Assembly (NCBI GenBank): GCA_964553685.1
Contig: CAZKLB010000001.1
Location: 6,717 to 70,716 of the forward strand
DNA length: 64,000 nucleotides
Direction of reading: 5' to 3'
Source of the DNA: an uncultured Marinoscillum sp.
GTDB lineage: Bacteria > Bacteroidota > Bacteroidia > Cytophagales > MED-G16
A program made the position numbers and the translations under genes. Within the stretch, counting starts at the first letter, position 1, and each line of letters starts with the position of its first letter. Below the pieces are notes generated by a model that did no database searches, was not told the DNA's origin, and saw nothing but the letters and a program-made list of their open reading frames with translations. Of the stretch, positions 37,230 to 46,584 are shown piece after piece.

Positions 37230-40112
37230 TTAGAATGTAATACTTCCAATTGTTATTTCAATCTTGTTGTTGTTAGTTGTTAGACTAGACTTGGTTACAT
37301 ATGAAAATTTAATTCCAATATCAAAAAGTGCGGGTTGTCTAAAAAAATTAACATCAAAAACAATTTCAGTGCCAAAGGAAAGTGGAGTATCCCTAAAAGA
37401 AATAGGAGATTGTCCGGACACTTCTCCTCCATTTACAAACCAAGTAGACCTGATTCTTTGGAAGTTAACCAAAGGGCCAATTGATATATCAGGATAAACT
37501 AAAGGAAGCTCGTATTCTAGACCCCACCCATAAAAATCTGAATATAAATAAGGTGTTTCATAACCACTTATAAAATTATTGGTTCTTCTAAATCTATAAT
37601 CAGTTTCTTTTTGTTTTTCATAATGAAATTTGCCACGAAATGAATGGTTTTTAAAAAACCCAGGAAAAGCTAAATAAACATCAGACCTTAGATATTTACC
37701 TGAATAATCACTTCCTAAAAGAGTGTTTTTGTTTTCAAAAACAAGAGTTTGCTCATAAGGAAAATAAACTTGTTTTATGGTTTTTTTGTGTTTTCTAGAT
37801 AGATAAATAAAGTTATTTATGTATGATTTTGAATTTCTTGTCGAATTAAGAGGAAATTTTCCAGATTCGCTAGTTAAAGCTGTCGTATAAAAATCTTTAA
37901 ACTTTTCACTAGAAAATTCAAGTAACCCCAAAACATTTATAAAATATTTCCCTTTATAGTATGAAAGCGGAACTCTAACACCAAAAGTCACCTCTTTTGT
38001 CTTATAGTTTATGTCTGCATTTTTAAGGGTGTCAACAGACCCGTCTCTATTATTTAATAAAATATCTTGATTAAAGGAATCATCAGTTCCTGAAATTCTA
38101 AAATCTAATATAGGATAAAGACCCTGATAACTTAACCCAAAATATCTTATTGGTTTTTTATCTCTGATATCGATTTTGTAACCCCCATTAAATAAAAATG
38201 AACCGAATAAATTTCTTGACTCCAACCCAAGTGTAACGTAGTCAATCCCTTTTGAAGAAATGCCAAAATCACTTATTCCCCAAGCAACAGGCCTTATAAA
38301 GTGTTTGGCCATGTTTGTTTTATTTGTTTTAAAATATTTTGCAGTGGTATCATTATAGATTTTAAGATTATTTTCCTTGAACTGGATTTTGGTCAGGTTT
38401 TTATCAATTAAACTGTCGCTGAATATATCAAAGCCATTATTGTTCATAGAAGAATATAAAATTGTTTTTTTATCGGATGATAGGATGGGGTAATAGTTTC
38501 CTAAATTACTTTCCTTGAATAAAAAAGTCTCTTTCTTTTTTATATCGTGAACAAAGATTTCTTCAAACCCATTATTTTCAGCAGAAAATATTAGTTTTTT
38601 TGAAGTTAAATTAGGCCATCCAATATTTCTTGTTGTATTAAAGACTTCCTTAAAAGATGAAGACTTTATGTTATATAGACACACTTTTTTTATTCCTTTT
38701 TTGGTTATTAAAATCAAAATCTCGTCGTCGTTTACATATTGAACTGACGAGTAAGTGCCGTCTTGTAGCTTTATGTCAGATGTTATTTTTCTTTCTTTTA
38801 TATCTTCAAAAACCAAACTCTGCGAACCGTCTATATTATTTTTTATAGCAACTATACTGGCTCCACTAGGTGAGATGTCAAAAGAGGAGTAAAAACTGTT
38901 TCTTCCAGTGTAATTTATTTTATTGGTTTTAAGGTCCAATAGTTTAATTACAGAGAATGTCCTCTTATCCCACCTTGGATCTTTTTTAAATTCTAACCAA
39001 CCAATTAGATTATTTGAGTAAGGTATTCTTCCAAAATCGTCAACAATTCCTGGAGTATGAATTTTAAAAAAACCACCTGTTTTATTTATAATTCCAAAAT
39101 CTTGATAACTACCCATTCCTTGCCTTATAACAACAATTCCTTTATTTGTTTCTCTTGGGTATTTGTAGCTTGTATATGATTTTTTGAGATGATTGTTAAG
39201 GGGTGTCTTTTTATGATTTTTATTTTTAATCGGTAGGGTAGCAATGCTTTTTTTATATAGTTCTTTATAATTTAATCCAGTTTCTTTTTTCATTGCTCTG
39301 TAAAAAGGAACAGGTAAAAAGGACTGATTATGTGCTTTTTCAACTATTTTATTGAATGATTTTATACCAAAATTGTCTTTTAGATATTTAACCATAAGGT
39401 ATCCGTGTTCATACTCATTAGGTGTTTTATATCTATAGGTCCCTAAAATTTGTCTATCATATTTAATTTTGTTTTGTGATAGTAAATTGTTTCTGGTTGT
39501 TAAATTAAATTTTGGTATTCTTCCTCTTCCAAAATCACTTTCTCTAGTTTCTATGTCTACAGCATCTCCTTCCCAATACCAATTAGGTAGGGAGGAGCGT
39601 GTTAAAAGTGAAGAAAGACCTTCTCCAAAAACCGTATGAACAAACCTGTTGAAACCGCTATTGTATCCTACCTCTCTTTGAACAAGATGTCTGAATTCAT
39701 GAATTGATAATAAATCACTCCAATTATTATTGTGTATAAAATGGCTAGATTCCGGCCTAGCGTTTATAAAAAATTCACTCCTTCTAGGGAAAGAAGCGAC
39801 AAAAGCATTGGATATAGTATTTTGATTATGAAGTATTATGTTGCTCCTTCTAATTTTATCACCAGGGTTTACTTTTATTTTATCAATATTTTTTTCAAGA
39901 AAATTAATAGTGTGGTTGGCAACAGAGTCGAGTTCTTTAGGAAAAATTACTTTAAAATTTTGTCCTTTTTTTTCATACCACTTTATGCTAGGGGGTGCTT
40001 TTTCTGTCTTATCAAACTGTGATTTAGCTATATTAGCTATAAAGATTAGCGTAATAAATAAACATAAACATTTACGCGTTTTCAGAAATACACTCAAACA
40101 GTTTTTGTACAT
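37230..40112 (-). CDS. large exported protein: N-terminal HEXXH zincin-like module + propeller-like middle + C-terminal outer-membrane beta-barrel-like domain
   Basis: I prefer Met16 of the track ORF as the start (MYKNCLSVFLKTRKCLCLFITLIFIANIAKSQ, signal peptide). HEFRH is encoded at rc 39701-39687, followed by WYWEGDAVDIE (a candidate third-ligand Glu). The middle has TolB/PD40-like strand patterns. The last ~330 aa show alternating hydrophobic beta-strand periodicity, ending ...IEITIGSITF with a terminal Phe. Confidence 0.6.
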   Translation of the reverse strand: MYKNCLSVFLKTRKCLCLFITLIFIANIAKSQFDKTEKAPPSIKWYEKKGQNFKVIFPKELDSVANHTINFLEKNIDKIKVNPGDKIRRSNIILHNQNTISNAFVASFPRRSEFFINARPESSHFIHNNNWSDLLSIHEFRHLVQREVGYNSGFNRFVHTVFGEGLSSLLTRSSLPNWYWEGDAVDIETRESDFGRGRIPKFNLTTRNNLLSQNKIKYDRQILGTYRYKTPNEYEHGYLMVKYLKDNFGIKSFNKIVEKAHNQSFLPVPFYRAMKKETGLNYKELYKKSIATLPIKNKNHKKTPLNNHLKKSYTSYKYPRETNKGIVVIRQGMGSYQDFGIINKTGGFFKIHTPGIVDDFGRIPYSNNLIGWLEFKKDPRWDKRTFSVIKLLDLKTNKINYTGRNSFYSSFDISPSGASIVAIKNNIDGSQSLVFEDIKERKITSDIKLQDGTYSSVQYVNDDEILILITKKGIKKVCLYNIKSSSFKEVFNTTRNIGWPNLTSKKLIFSAENNGFEEIFVHDIKKKETFLFKESNLGNYYPILSSDKKTILYSSMNNNGFDIFSDSLIDKNLTKIQFKENNLKIYNDTTAKYFKTNKTNMAKHFIRPVAWGISDFGISSKGIDYVTLGLESRNLFGSFLFNGGYKIDIRDKKPIRYFGLSYQGLYPILDFRISGTDDSFNQDILLNNRDGSVDTLKNADINYKTKEVTFGVRVPLSYYKGKYFINVLGLLEFSSEKFKDFYTTALTSESGKFPLNSTRNSKSYINNFIYLSRKHKKTIKQVYFPYEQTLVFENKNTLLGSDYSGKYLRSDVYLAFPGFFKNHSFRGKFHYEKQKETDYRFRRTNNFISGYETPYLYSDFYGWGLEYELPLVYPDISIGPLVNFQRIRSTWFVNGGEVSGQSPISFRDTPLSFGTEIVFDVNFFRQPALFDIGIKFSYVTKSSLTTNNNKIEITIGSITF

Positions 40113-41217
40113 CTTCTTTTGTGTTATACACAGAGGGAGACACTCTAATAATATCACCCCTTAAAGATATAAATATGTTATTTTCTCTGATTTTTTCTAG
40201 GATCTTTTTAAGATTTTTTTTTGGTCTGATACCAAAAAGATGTGAAGATCGGAATTTTGAGTCTTCATACCATGTGTTTTTTTTATTTAGTAATGGGAAG
40301 CACGGGGTGGTTATAGATTCTATGTATTTATATACATTTTCTATCCCCCAATGATTTAATTGGTCTATACCAGCTTTTAGCATTGAAATGTTAATAAAAT
40401 TACTTTGTTGGCCAACGCTATATCTTCTTGCGTATTCCCCATACTCGTCCTCATAGTTGATAAGGTTAGAAAAGTCTTCACTATTTTTTCTGTTTATCCA
40501 ACTTTCTTCTATTGGTTTTCCATTATCAAAGAATGGACCATAGTACGATAAACCTATCCCGTAGGGCCCCATCAGCCATTTATATCCTGCGCAAATTAGA
40601 GCATCGGGTTGCGTTTCTTTTATATCAAAAGGCATCACACCAATGGACTGTGTTCCGTCAATAATCAATAAAGCGTCAACTTCTTTTGTTTTTTTTCTAA
40701 TTTTTTCAATATCATAAATTGTTCCATCTGCCCAATGAAGTAAACCCATCGCCACAACCTTTGTTTGTTTATTTATTGAGTTTAAGATTTTTTTATTCCA
40801 AGCTCTACCTGCATTATTTTCTGAATTAGGTTTATTTATAAACTTCAAATTGGCGTTGTATTTTTTTGTAAGTTCCATCCAGGGGTATACATTACTTGGA
40901 AATTGGTCGCCTATTAATATTATGTTATCACTCTCCTTTAATTGAATATTATTGGTGATGTTTGCTAAACCATATGATACTGATGAACTAATTGCTATTC
41001 TTTCATGCTCATCTAGGTTTATTAGTTTTGCAAATGCTTTTTTTAAAGCATTAACACCAGAAAAAAAATCTTCAGGAAGAATATTATGTGGGGCTCTTTT
41101 GGTCTTTAAACCGTTTATTCCTGCCTCTTCTACAATTTTGAGCATCGGAGACATATATGCACAGTTAAGATAGGTTGTATTTCCTTCTATTATAAATTTA
41201 TCTATTTGGCAGTTCAT
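40072..41217 (-). CDS. aminotransferase class V-fold PLP-dependent enzyme
   Basis: 381 aa. Fold-type I pattern with LIIDGTQSIG and the PLP-Lys block CAGYKWLMGPYG. The specific reaction is not assignable. Confidence 0.75.
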   Translation of the reverse strand: MNCQIDKFIIEGNTTYLNCAYMSPMLKIVEEAGINGLKTKRAPHNILPEDFFSGVNALKKAFAKLINLDEHERIAISSSVSYGLANITNNIQLKESDNIILIGDQFPSNVYPWMELTKKYNANLKFINKPNSENNAGRAWNKKILNSINKQTKVVAMGLLHWADGTIYDIEKIRKKTKEVDALLIIDGTQSIGVMPFDIKETQPDALICAGYKWLMGPYGIGLSYYGPFFDNGKPIEESWINRKNSEDFSNLINYEDEYGEYARRYSVGQQSNFINISMLKAGIDQLNHWGIENVYKYIESITTPCFPLLNKKNTWYEDSKFRSSHLFGIRPKKNLKKILEKIRENNIFISLRGDIIRVSPSVYNTKEDVQKLFECISENA

Positions 41218-41226
41218 ATTAATTAA

Positions 41227-42876
41227 TCAGAATCCACTTGGAGCATTTCTATGAAAATTTGTTTTTGTTTGATACAGGCTTGCAAGGTACAATATTTTAT
41301 CTTCGTTATGATAATTTCCAATAAAAGAAATACTCGTGGGGTTTCCTTTTTTATCAAAACCATTAGGAACAGATATTACAGGGTGGCCAGTTAAATTAGT
41401 AATAAGCATTTGGTTTTTTCCAAACGTTGGTGATATAATCACATCATAATCATTTATAATTGAATTAAACTCTGATATTAAATTTGAGCGGTGTCTGTTC
41501 GCTTGAATATATTCTACAGCAGGAATTAATCTAGATTGTCTAAGAGAATTTGCTCTTGATCTTTCCCCTTGTTGGACCATATTTGAGTCAAGGTTATTTA
41601 ATAAAAATTCATCAAAAAAAGCACCAGCTTCTGAACGTAATATTATGTCAAAAACACTGTAAGGATAATCAATTGGAAGTGAAACTTTCTCTAAGGTATA
41701 ATCTTCTTTTAATAAGCTTAGAGTAATATTATTATTTTCAGAATATCTTGATGTATCATTTAAAAATAACTCCTCTAAAAAACCAATTCTTATTTTTTTT
41801 AATTTTTTATCGAATATAATTTCTTTTTTTTCTTTTTTTTCTCCAGTGTTTCTAATGGTATTAAAAACAATCGCACTTCCTTTTGCTGTTCTGGTTATTG
41901 GCCCTACCTTATCCATACTCCATGACAAGGTCATAAAACCATCTGTGCTAACAGACCCAAATGTTGGTCGAAGTCCAGTCACTCCACATCTGGTAGCGGG
42001 CGATACTATTGAGCCTAAAGTCTCTGTTCCAATAGAAAATGCGACTAAACCTGCAGCCGTTGCAGAAGCTGATCCAGCAGATGATCCACTTGAGCCTTGC
42101 GATAAATTCCAAGGGTTTTTAGTTTTTCCTTTAAACCAAACGTCACCTCTTGCTAATGATCCTGTTGATAGTTTACCAAGCATTACCGCTCCTGCTTTTT
42201 CAAGCTTTTCTATGACCTCTGCCTTTTTATTTATTACTTGATTTTTTAGAGGCATAGCGCCCCAAGTAGTTGGGAATTTTGGATAGGAAGCTAAGTCTTT
42301 AATTCCGTATGGTATTCCGTGAAGCAAACCTTTATAATTCCCATCTTTAATTTCTTTGTCTGCTTTTTTAGCCTGTTCAATTGCTAAGTTTTCAGTTATT
42401 GTAACAAAAGCATTTATTTTTTTATCTAATTTTTTTATTCTGTTTAGATAAATTTCTGTTAGCTCAAGAGAGCTTATTTTTTTATTTTTAATAAGATATG
42501 CTAATTCGCTTATTTGAAGATGCGCAATTTCTCTTTTGTTTTTAGGAAGACCTAAGCTATCGCTAGATATGTCATAACTAAAATTGTTATTTAAATTATT
42601 TGGTATAGAATATTTTAATGCTGGGGTCACATCATTATCAAGTTGATATCCTCTCATTTCTATATATCCAGATTTATTTCTTTCAATATAATTAGTCATT
42701 GTGTTTATTTGTTCGTCTTTAAAAATGACACCTGACACTTTTAAAGCGCTTTTTATATCTTTTAATTTAATTTTATCATTCCTTACTATTAGTGTAAAAC
42801 CAAATAGCAACGATATAAATATTATTAAATAGAAAGTTTTTTTATTACTCATGGTTATTTTTGATCTAATATACAT
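41227..42876 (-). CDS. amidase-signature family amidase with an N-terminal signal/anchor
   Basis: 549 aa. N-terminal TM/signal FYLIIFISLLFGFTLIV. AS-signature stretch GSSGSSAGSASATAAGLVAFSIGTETLGSI. Confidence 0.85.
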   Translation of the reverse strand: MYIRSKITMSNKKTFYLIIFISLLFGFTLIVRNDKIKLKDIKSALKVSGVIFKDEQINTMTNYIERNKSGYIEMRGYQLDNDVTPALKYSIPNNLNNNFSYDISSDSLGLPKNKREIAHLQISELAYLIKNKKISSLELTEIYLNRIKKLDKKINAFVTITENLAIEQAKKADKEIKDGNYKGLLHGIPYGIKDLASYPKFPTTWGAMPLKNQVINKKAEVIEKLEKAGAVMLGKLSTGSLARGDVWFKGKTKNPWNLSQGSSGSSAGSASATAAGLVAFSIGTETLGSIVSPATRCGVTGLRPTFGSVSTDGFMTLSWSMDKVGPITRTAKGSAIVFNTIRNTGEKKEKKEIIFDKKLKKIRIGFLEELFLNDTSRYSENNNITLSLLKEDYTLEKVSLPIDYPYSVFDIILRSEAGAFFDEFLLNNLDSNMVQQGERSRANSLRQSRLIPAVEYIQANRHRSNLISEFNSIINDYDVIISPTFGKNQMLITNLTGHPVISVPNGFDKKGNPTSISFIGNYHNEDKILYLASLYQTKTNFHRNAPSGF

Positions 42877-42904
42877 TTAATTTTATTGATTATAATTCTC
42901 GTAT

Positions 42905-45637
42905 TTGAAAACAAAAAATAAACTTTTCTTACTTGACGGAATGGCTCTTGTATACCGAGCTCACTTTGCGTTTAGTAAAAATCCTATTGTTAACTCCAAA
43001 GGTTTAAATACAAGCGCAGTTTATGGTTTTTTAAATACTCTTCTAGAATTATTAAATAAAGAGGATCCAACTCATATTGCAATAGCCTTTGATACAAAAG
43101 CTCCTACTTTTAGGTCAGAAATATTTTCTGAATATAAAGCAAATAGAGAAAGACAACCTGAAGATATTCAGGTTGCAATCCCAATTATTAAGCAGCTTAT
43201 TCAGTATTTGAATATAGAAATTTTAGAAAAAGATGGGTTCGAGGCGGATGATGTTATCGGTACAGTGTCATCAAAACTATCAAAGCAAAATAATACCACT
43301 GTGTATATGATGACTCCAGATAAGGATTTTGCTCAACTAGTTTCTCATAATGTTTTCCTATACAAACCAGCATTCATGGGTAGGGGGGTTGATATTCTTG
43401 GTGTCAAAGAGGTTCTTCAAAAATTTAATATTAGTAGGGTTGATCAGGTCATAGATTTTTTAGGCTTACAGGGCGATAGTGTGGATAATATACCTGGAAT
43501 ACGGGGGGTTGGTCCTAAAACAGCACAAAAGTTATTGTCAGAATACGATTCAGTAGAGGGAATACTAAAAAATAAAGATAAAATCACAGGATCAGTTGGT
43601 GATAAGGTTAGGGAAAATGCAGATGACGCGATATTATCTAAAAAACTCGCTAGAATAAAAACAGATGTTCCAATTGAACTTGATTTGGAGACGTTCAAAA
43701 TAAAAAGCTCAGATTCAGAGAATCTTATAAAACTACTTGATGATCTTGAGTTTAGAACAATAAAAAATAGAATGATTTCTCAAGGAATTATTAATGAGAA
43801 AAAGAATGAACAACTTAGTTTTTTTGGTACAGACATCAAAAAGGTAGAAAAGGTTAATGTTAGTTATAATATTGTTGATGCCGATCAGATTGATCAGTTT
43901 GTTAAAAAAATATTATTAAGTGATGAGCTATGTATTGATACAGAAACTTCTAGTATAAATATAGAAGAAGCAGAGATAGCAGGCATTGCCTTTTCTAATA
44001 AAGAATATTCCGCCTATTATATTCCTACAATTGAAGATAGTCAGGAAATTATCAATAAACTTAAGCCAGTTTTTGAAAGTAAATCCATCAAATTCATTGG
44101 CCATAATTTAAAATATGATTTACAGATATTAAAAAAGTATGGAATTGAAGCTCCTATTAATATATTTGATACAATGATTGCTCACTATTTAATTAACCCC
44201 GAATCGAGCCATAAATTAGATATTTTATCAGAAAATTATCTTAATCATAAGTGTATTCCTATAGAAGATATTATTGGTAAAAAGGGCGCTTCTCAGAAAA
44301 AAATGACAGAGTTGGATCCTAAAGACGTGTATGAGTATGCTTGTGAAGACGCAGATATAACCTTTAGACTAAAAAAAATTTTTGATAAAGAAATTAGTCA
44401 ATTAAAAATGACAGAGCTGTTTGATAAAGTTGAAACACCATTAATTCTTGTCTTGTCAAATATTGAAAAAAATGGAGTCAAAATTGATACAAACTTTTTA
44501 TCAAAAATGTCTGATGAGTTAGAGAAACAAATTACTAAGGTTGAGAAACTTGTATATAAGGAAGCTGGAGAGGAGTTTAATATTTCTTCACCAAAACAAT
44601 TAGGAATAATTTTATTTGAAAAACTAAAAATTGACGAAAACCCTAAGAAAACAAAGTCTGGACAATATTCAACAGGCGAAGATATTTTATCTAAGCTGTC
44701 TAAAAAAAATAAAATTGTAGACCAAATTCTTAACTATAGAGAGTTTAAAAAGCTTAGGTCTACATATGTAGATGCTTTGCCTTTAATGGTTTCAAAAAAT
44801 GACGGTTTAATTCATACGGATTACGCTCAAGCAGTTACAGCTACGGGGAGACTCAGCTCGAATAAGCCCAACCTTCAAAACATTCCTATAAAGACTGACC
44901 TAGGAAAAAAAACTAGACGCGCCTTTATTCCAAGAAAGGGTTCAAATTATATATTAGCCGCAGACTACTCTCAGATTGAACTAAGAATAATTGCTGATTT
45001 TAGTGGTGATGAAGCCATGATAAATGCATTTAATGACAATCAAGATATACACAGCACTACTGCATCAAAAGTTTTCGGTGTTAAATTAGATGATGTAACC
45101 AGTGACATGAGAAGAAGAGCTAAGGAAGTTAACTTTGGAATAATATATGGAATTTCTGCTTTTGGTTTATCTCAGAACCTTAATATTTCAAGATCGGAAG
45201 CCAAAGAGATTATAGATTCTTATTTTGAGAAATTCACCAAAGTGAAGGAGTATATGTCTAAATCCATACAAGATGCTAAAGAAAAAAAATATGTAACCAC
45301 CCTGCTTGGAAGAAGAAGATATTTGAGGGATATTGATTCAAGAAATTATACGCTAAGGGGTTTTGCAGAAAGAAACGCAATCAACACACCGATTCAGGGT
45401 AGTGCGGCTGATATAATTAAACTTGCTATGGTTAAAATTGACCAATGGATAAACAAAGAAAATTTAAAATCAAAAATGATTATGCAGGTTCATGATGAAT
45501 TAGTTTTTGATGTTGAGAAAGAGGAGTTAGAAATATTTCAAAGTAATGTAAAAACAATTATGGAGGGCGTTGTAGATATGAAGATTCCCCTATCTGTAGA
45601 TGTTGGTATTGGTAAAAACTGGTTAGAAGCTCATTAA
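42905..45637 (+). CDS. polA: DNA polymerase I
   Basis: 910 aa. 5'-nuclease N-domain (LFLLDGMALVYRAHFA), 3'-5' exonuclease domain, and polymerase motifs DYSQIELR and QVHDELVF. TTG start, with no in-frame ATG upstream of the conserved N-terminus. Confidence 0.97.
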   Translation: MKTKNKLFLLDGMALVYRAHFAFSKNPIVNSKGLNTSAVYGFLNTLLELLNKEDPTHIAIAFDTKAPTFRSEIFSEYKANRERQPEDIQVAIPIIKQLIQYLNIEILEKDGFEADDVIGTVSSKLSKQNNTTVYMMTPDKDFAQLVSHNVFLYKPAFMGRGVDILGVKEVLQKFNISRVDQVIDFLGLQGDSVDNIPGIRGVGPKTAQKLLSEYDSVEGILKNKDKITGSVGDKVRENADDAILSKKLARIKTDVPIELDLETFKIKSSDSENLIKLLDDLEFRTIKNRMISQGIINEKKNEQLSFFGTDIKKVEKVNVSYNIVDADQIDQFVKKILLSDELCIDTETSSINIEEAEIAGIAFSNKEYSAYYIPTIEDSQEIINKLKPVFESKSIKFIGHNLKYDLQILKKYGIEAPINIFDTMIAHYLINPESSHKLDILSENYLNHKCIPIEDIIGKKGASQKKMTELDPKDVYEYACEDADITFRLKKIFDKEISQLKMTELFDKVETPLILVLSNIEKNGVKIDTNFLSKMSDELEKQITKVEKLVYKEAGEEFNISSPKQLGIILFEKLKIDENPKKTKSGQYSTGEDILSKLSKKNKIVDQILNYREFKKLRSTYVDALPLMVSKNDGLIHTDYAQAVTATGRLSSNKPNLQNIPIKTDLGKKTRRAFIPRKGSNYILAADYSQIELRIIADFSGDEAMINAFNDNQDIHSTTASKVFGVKLDDVTSDMRRRAKEVNFGIIYGISAFGLSQNLNISRSEAKEIIDSYFEKFTKVKEYMSKSIQDAKEKKYVTTLLGRRRYLRDIDSRNYTLRGFAERNAINTPIQGSAADIIKLAMVKIDQWINKENLKSKMIMQVHDELVFDVEKEELEIFQSNVKTIMEGVVDMKIPLSVDVGIGKNWLEAH

Positions 45638-45639
45638 TT

Positions 45640-46584
45640 ATGATAGATAAAGAAAAAATAGAAAAAGCTCATAAAAGGATATCAAAGGGTATTCACAACA
45701 CACCAGTATTAACATCTCAATCTATTGATAAAATTTCTGGGTGCCGCATTTATTTTAAATGTGAGAACTTTCAAAAAATAGGTGCTTTTAAAATGCGAGG
45801 TGCATTGAATGCTGTTCTTTCTCTTGATAAAAAAGATATAAATAAAGGTTTTGTTACTCATTCATCTGGTAATCACGCTCAAGCAGTCGCTCTTTCATCA
45901 AAACTATGTAACACAAAATCTTACATAGTAATGCCTAAAGGTGCCCCTAAAATCAAAATAGAAGCAGTAATGGGTTATGGAGCAGAAGTCATACTATGTG
46001 AAAATAATGAGAAAGCTAGAGTTGAACAGTGTAATAAAATACTTGACAGAACAGGTGCAAACTTTATTCACCCTTACGATAATTATGACGTTATATTAGG
46101 TCAGTCTACATGTGCTAAAGAAATATATGAAGACAAAAACATACCAAACCTCGATACAATAATATGCCCTGTTGGAGGTGGTGGTTTAGCATCCGGTACA
46201 ATAAAAGCGACTGAGTTTTTTTCACCGAAAACAAAAGTGATTTTAGCAGAACCGGAAAATGCGTCTGATGCTTATGCTTCTTTTAACCAGAAAAAATTAA
46301 TTCCAGTAAAAAACCCTAATACTATTGCAGATGGTTTAAAAACATCTTTGTCTGAAAAAACATATAATATTATAGTAAGTGGGGCAGAGGAAATAATTAC
46401 TGTTTCAGAGGAAGAGATAATTGAAAGTATGAAGATGATCTGGGAAAGATTAAAAATTATTTGTGAGCCTTCATGCTCATTACCACTTGCGGCAATACTT
46501 AAAAATAAAGCCAAATTTAAAAACCAATCTGTTGGTATTATTTTAACAGGTGGGAATATAGATTTATCTAAGATACCTTTTTAG
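45640..46584 (+). CDS. PLP-dependent serine/threonine dehydratase family enzyme (serine racemase / threonine ammonia-lyase-like)
   Basis: 314 aa. PLP-Lys block KCENFQKIGAFKMRGA, HSSGNHAQAVA, and Gly-rich loop PVGGGGLASG. Confidence 0.8.
   Translation: MIDKEKIEKAHKRISKGIHNTPVLTSQSIDKISGCRIYFKCENFQKIGAFKMRGALNAVLSLDKKDINKGFVTHSSGNHAQAVALSSKLCNTKSYIVMPKGAPKIKIEAVMGYGAEVILCENNEKARVEQCNKILDRTGANFIHPYDNYDVILGQSTCAKEIYEDKNIPNLDTIICPVGGGGLASGTIKATEFFSPKTKVILAEPENASDAYASFNQKKLIPVKNPNTIADGLKTSLSEKTYNIIVSGAEEIITVSEEEIIESMKMIWERLKIICEPSCSLPLAAILKNKAKFKNQSVGIILTGGNIDLSKIPF

Noticed and set aside
40113-40157. N-terminal 15 codons of the track ORF 37230..40157 (MILLECLPLCITQKK), and the resulting 86-nt overlap, as a possible frameshift or pseudogene junction
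   Set aside because: Both neighbouring frames are intact. The extension precedes a perfectly good Met followed by a signal peptide (MYKNCLSVFLKTRKCLCLFITLIF...). The simpler reading is an over-extended ORF call, leaving a roughly 41-nt genuine overlap.
39732-40164. 96- and 108-aa plus-strand ORFs overlapping the 5' end of the large envelope protein gene and the 3' end of the PLP enzyme gene
   Set aside because: They are antisense to two supported genes. The sequences are low-complexity and hydrophobic, with no signal for a separate transcription unit.
41846-42241. 131-aa ORF antisense to the amidase signature region
   Set aside because: It lies opposite the Gly/Ser/Ala-rich amidase signature, which automatically gives an open P/A/V-rich antisense frame. 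There is no independent support.
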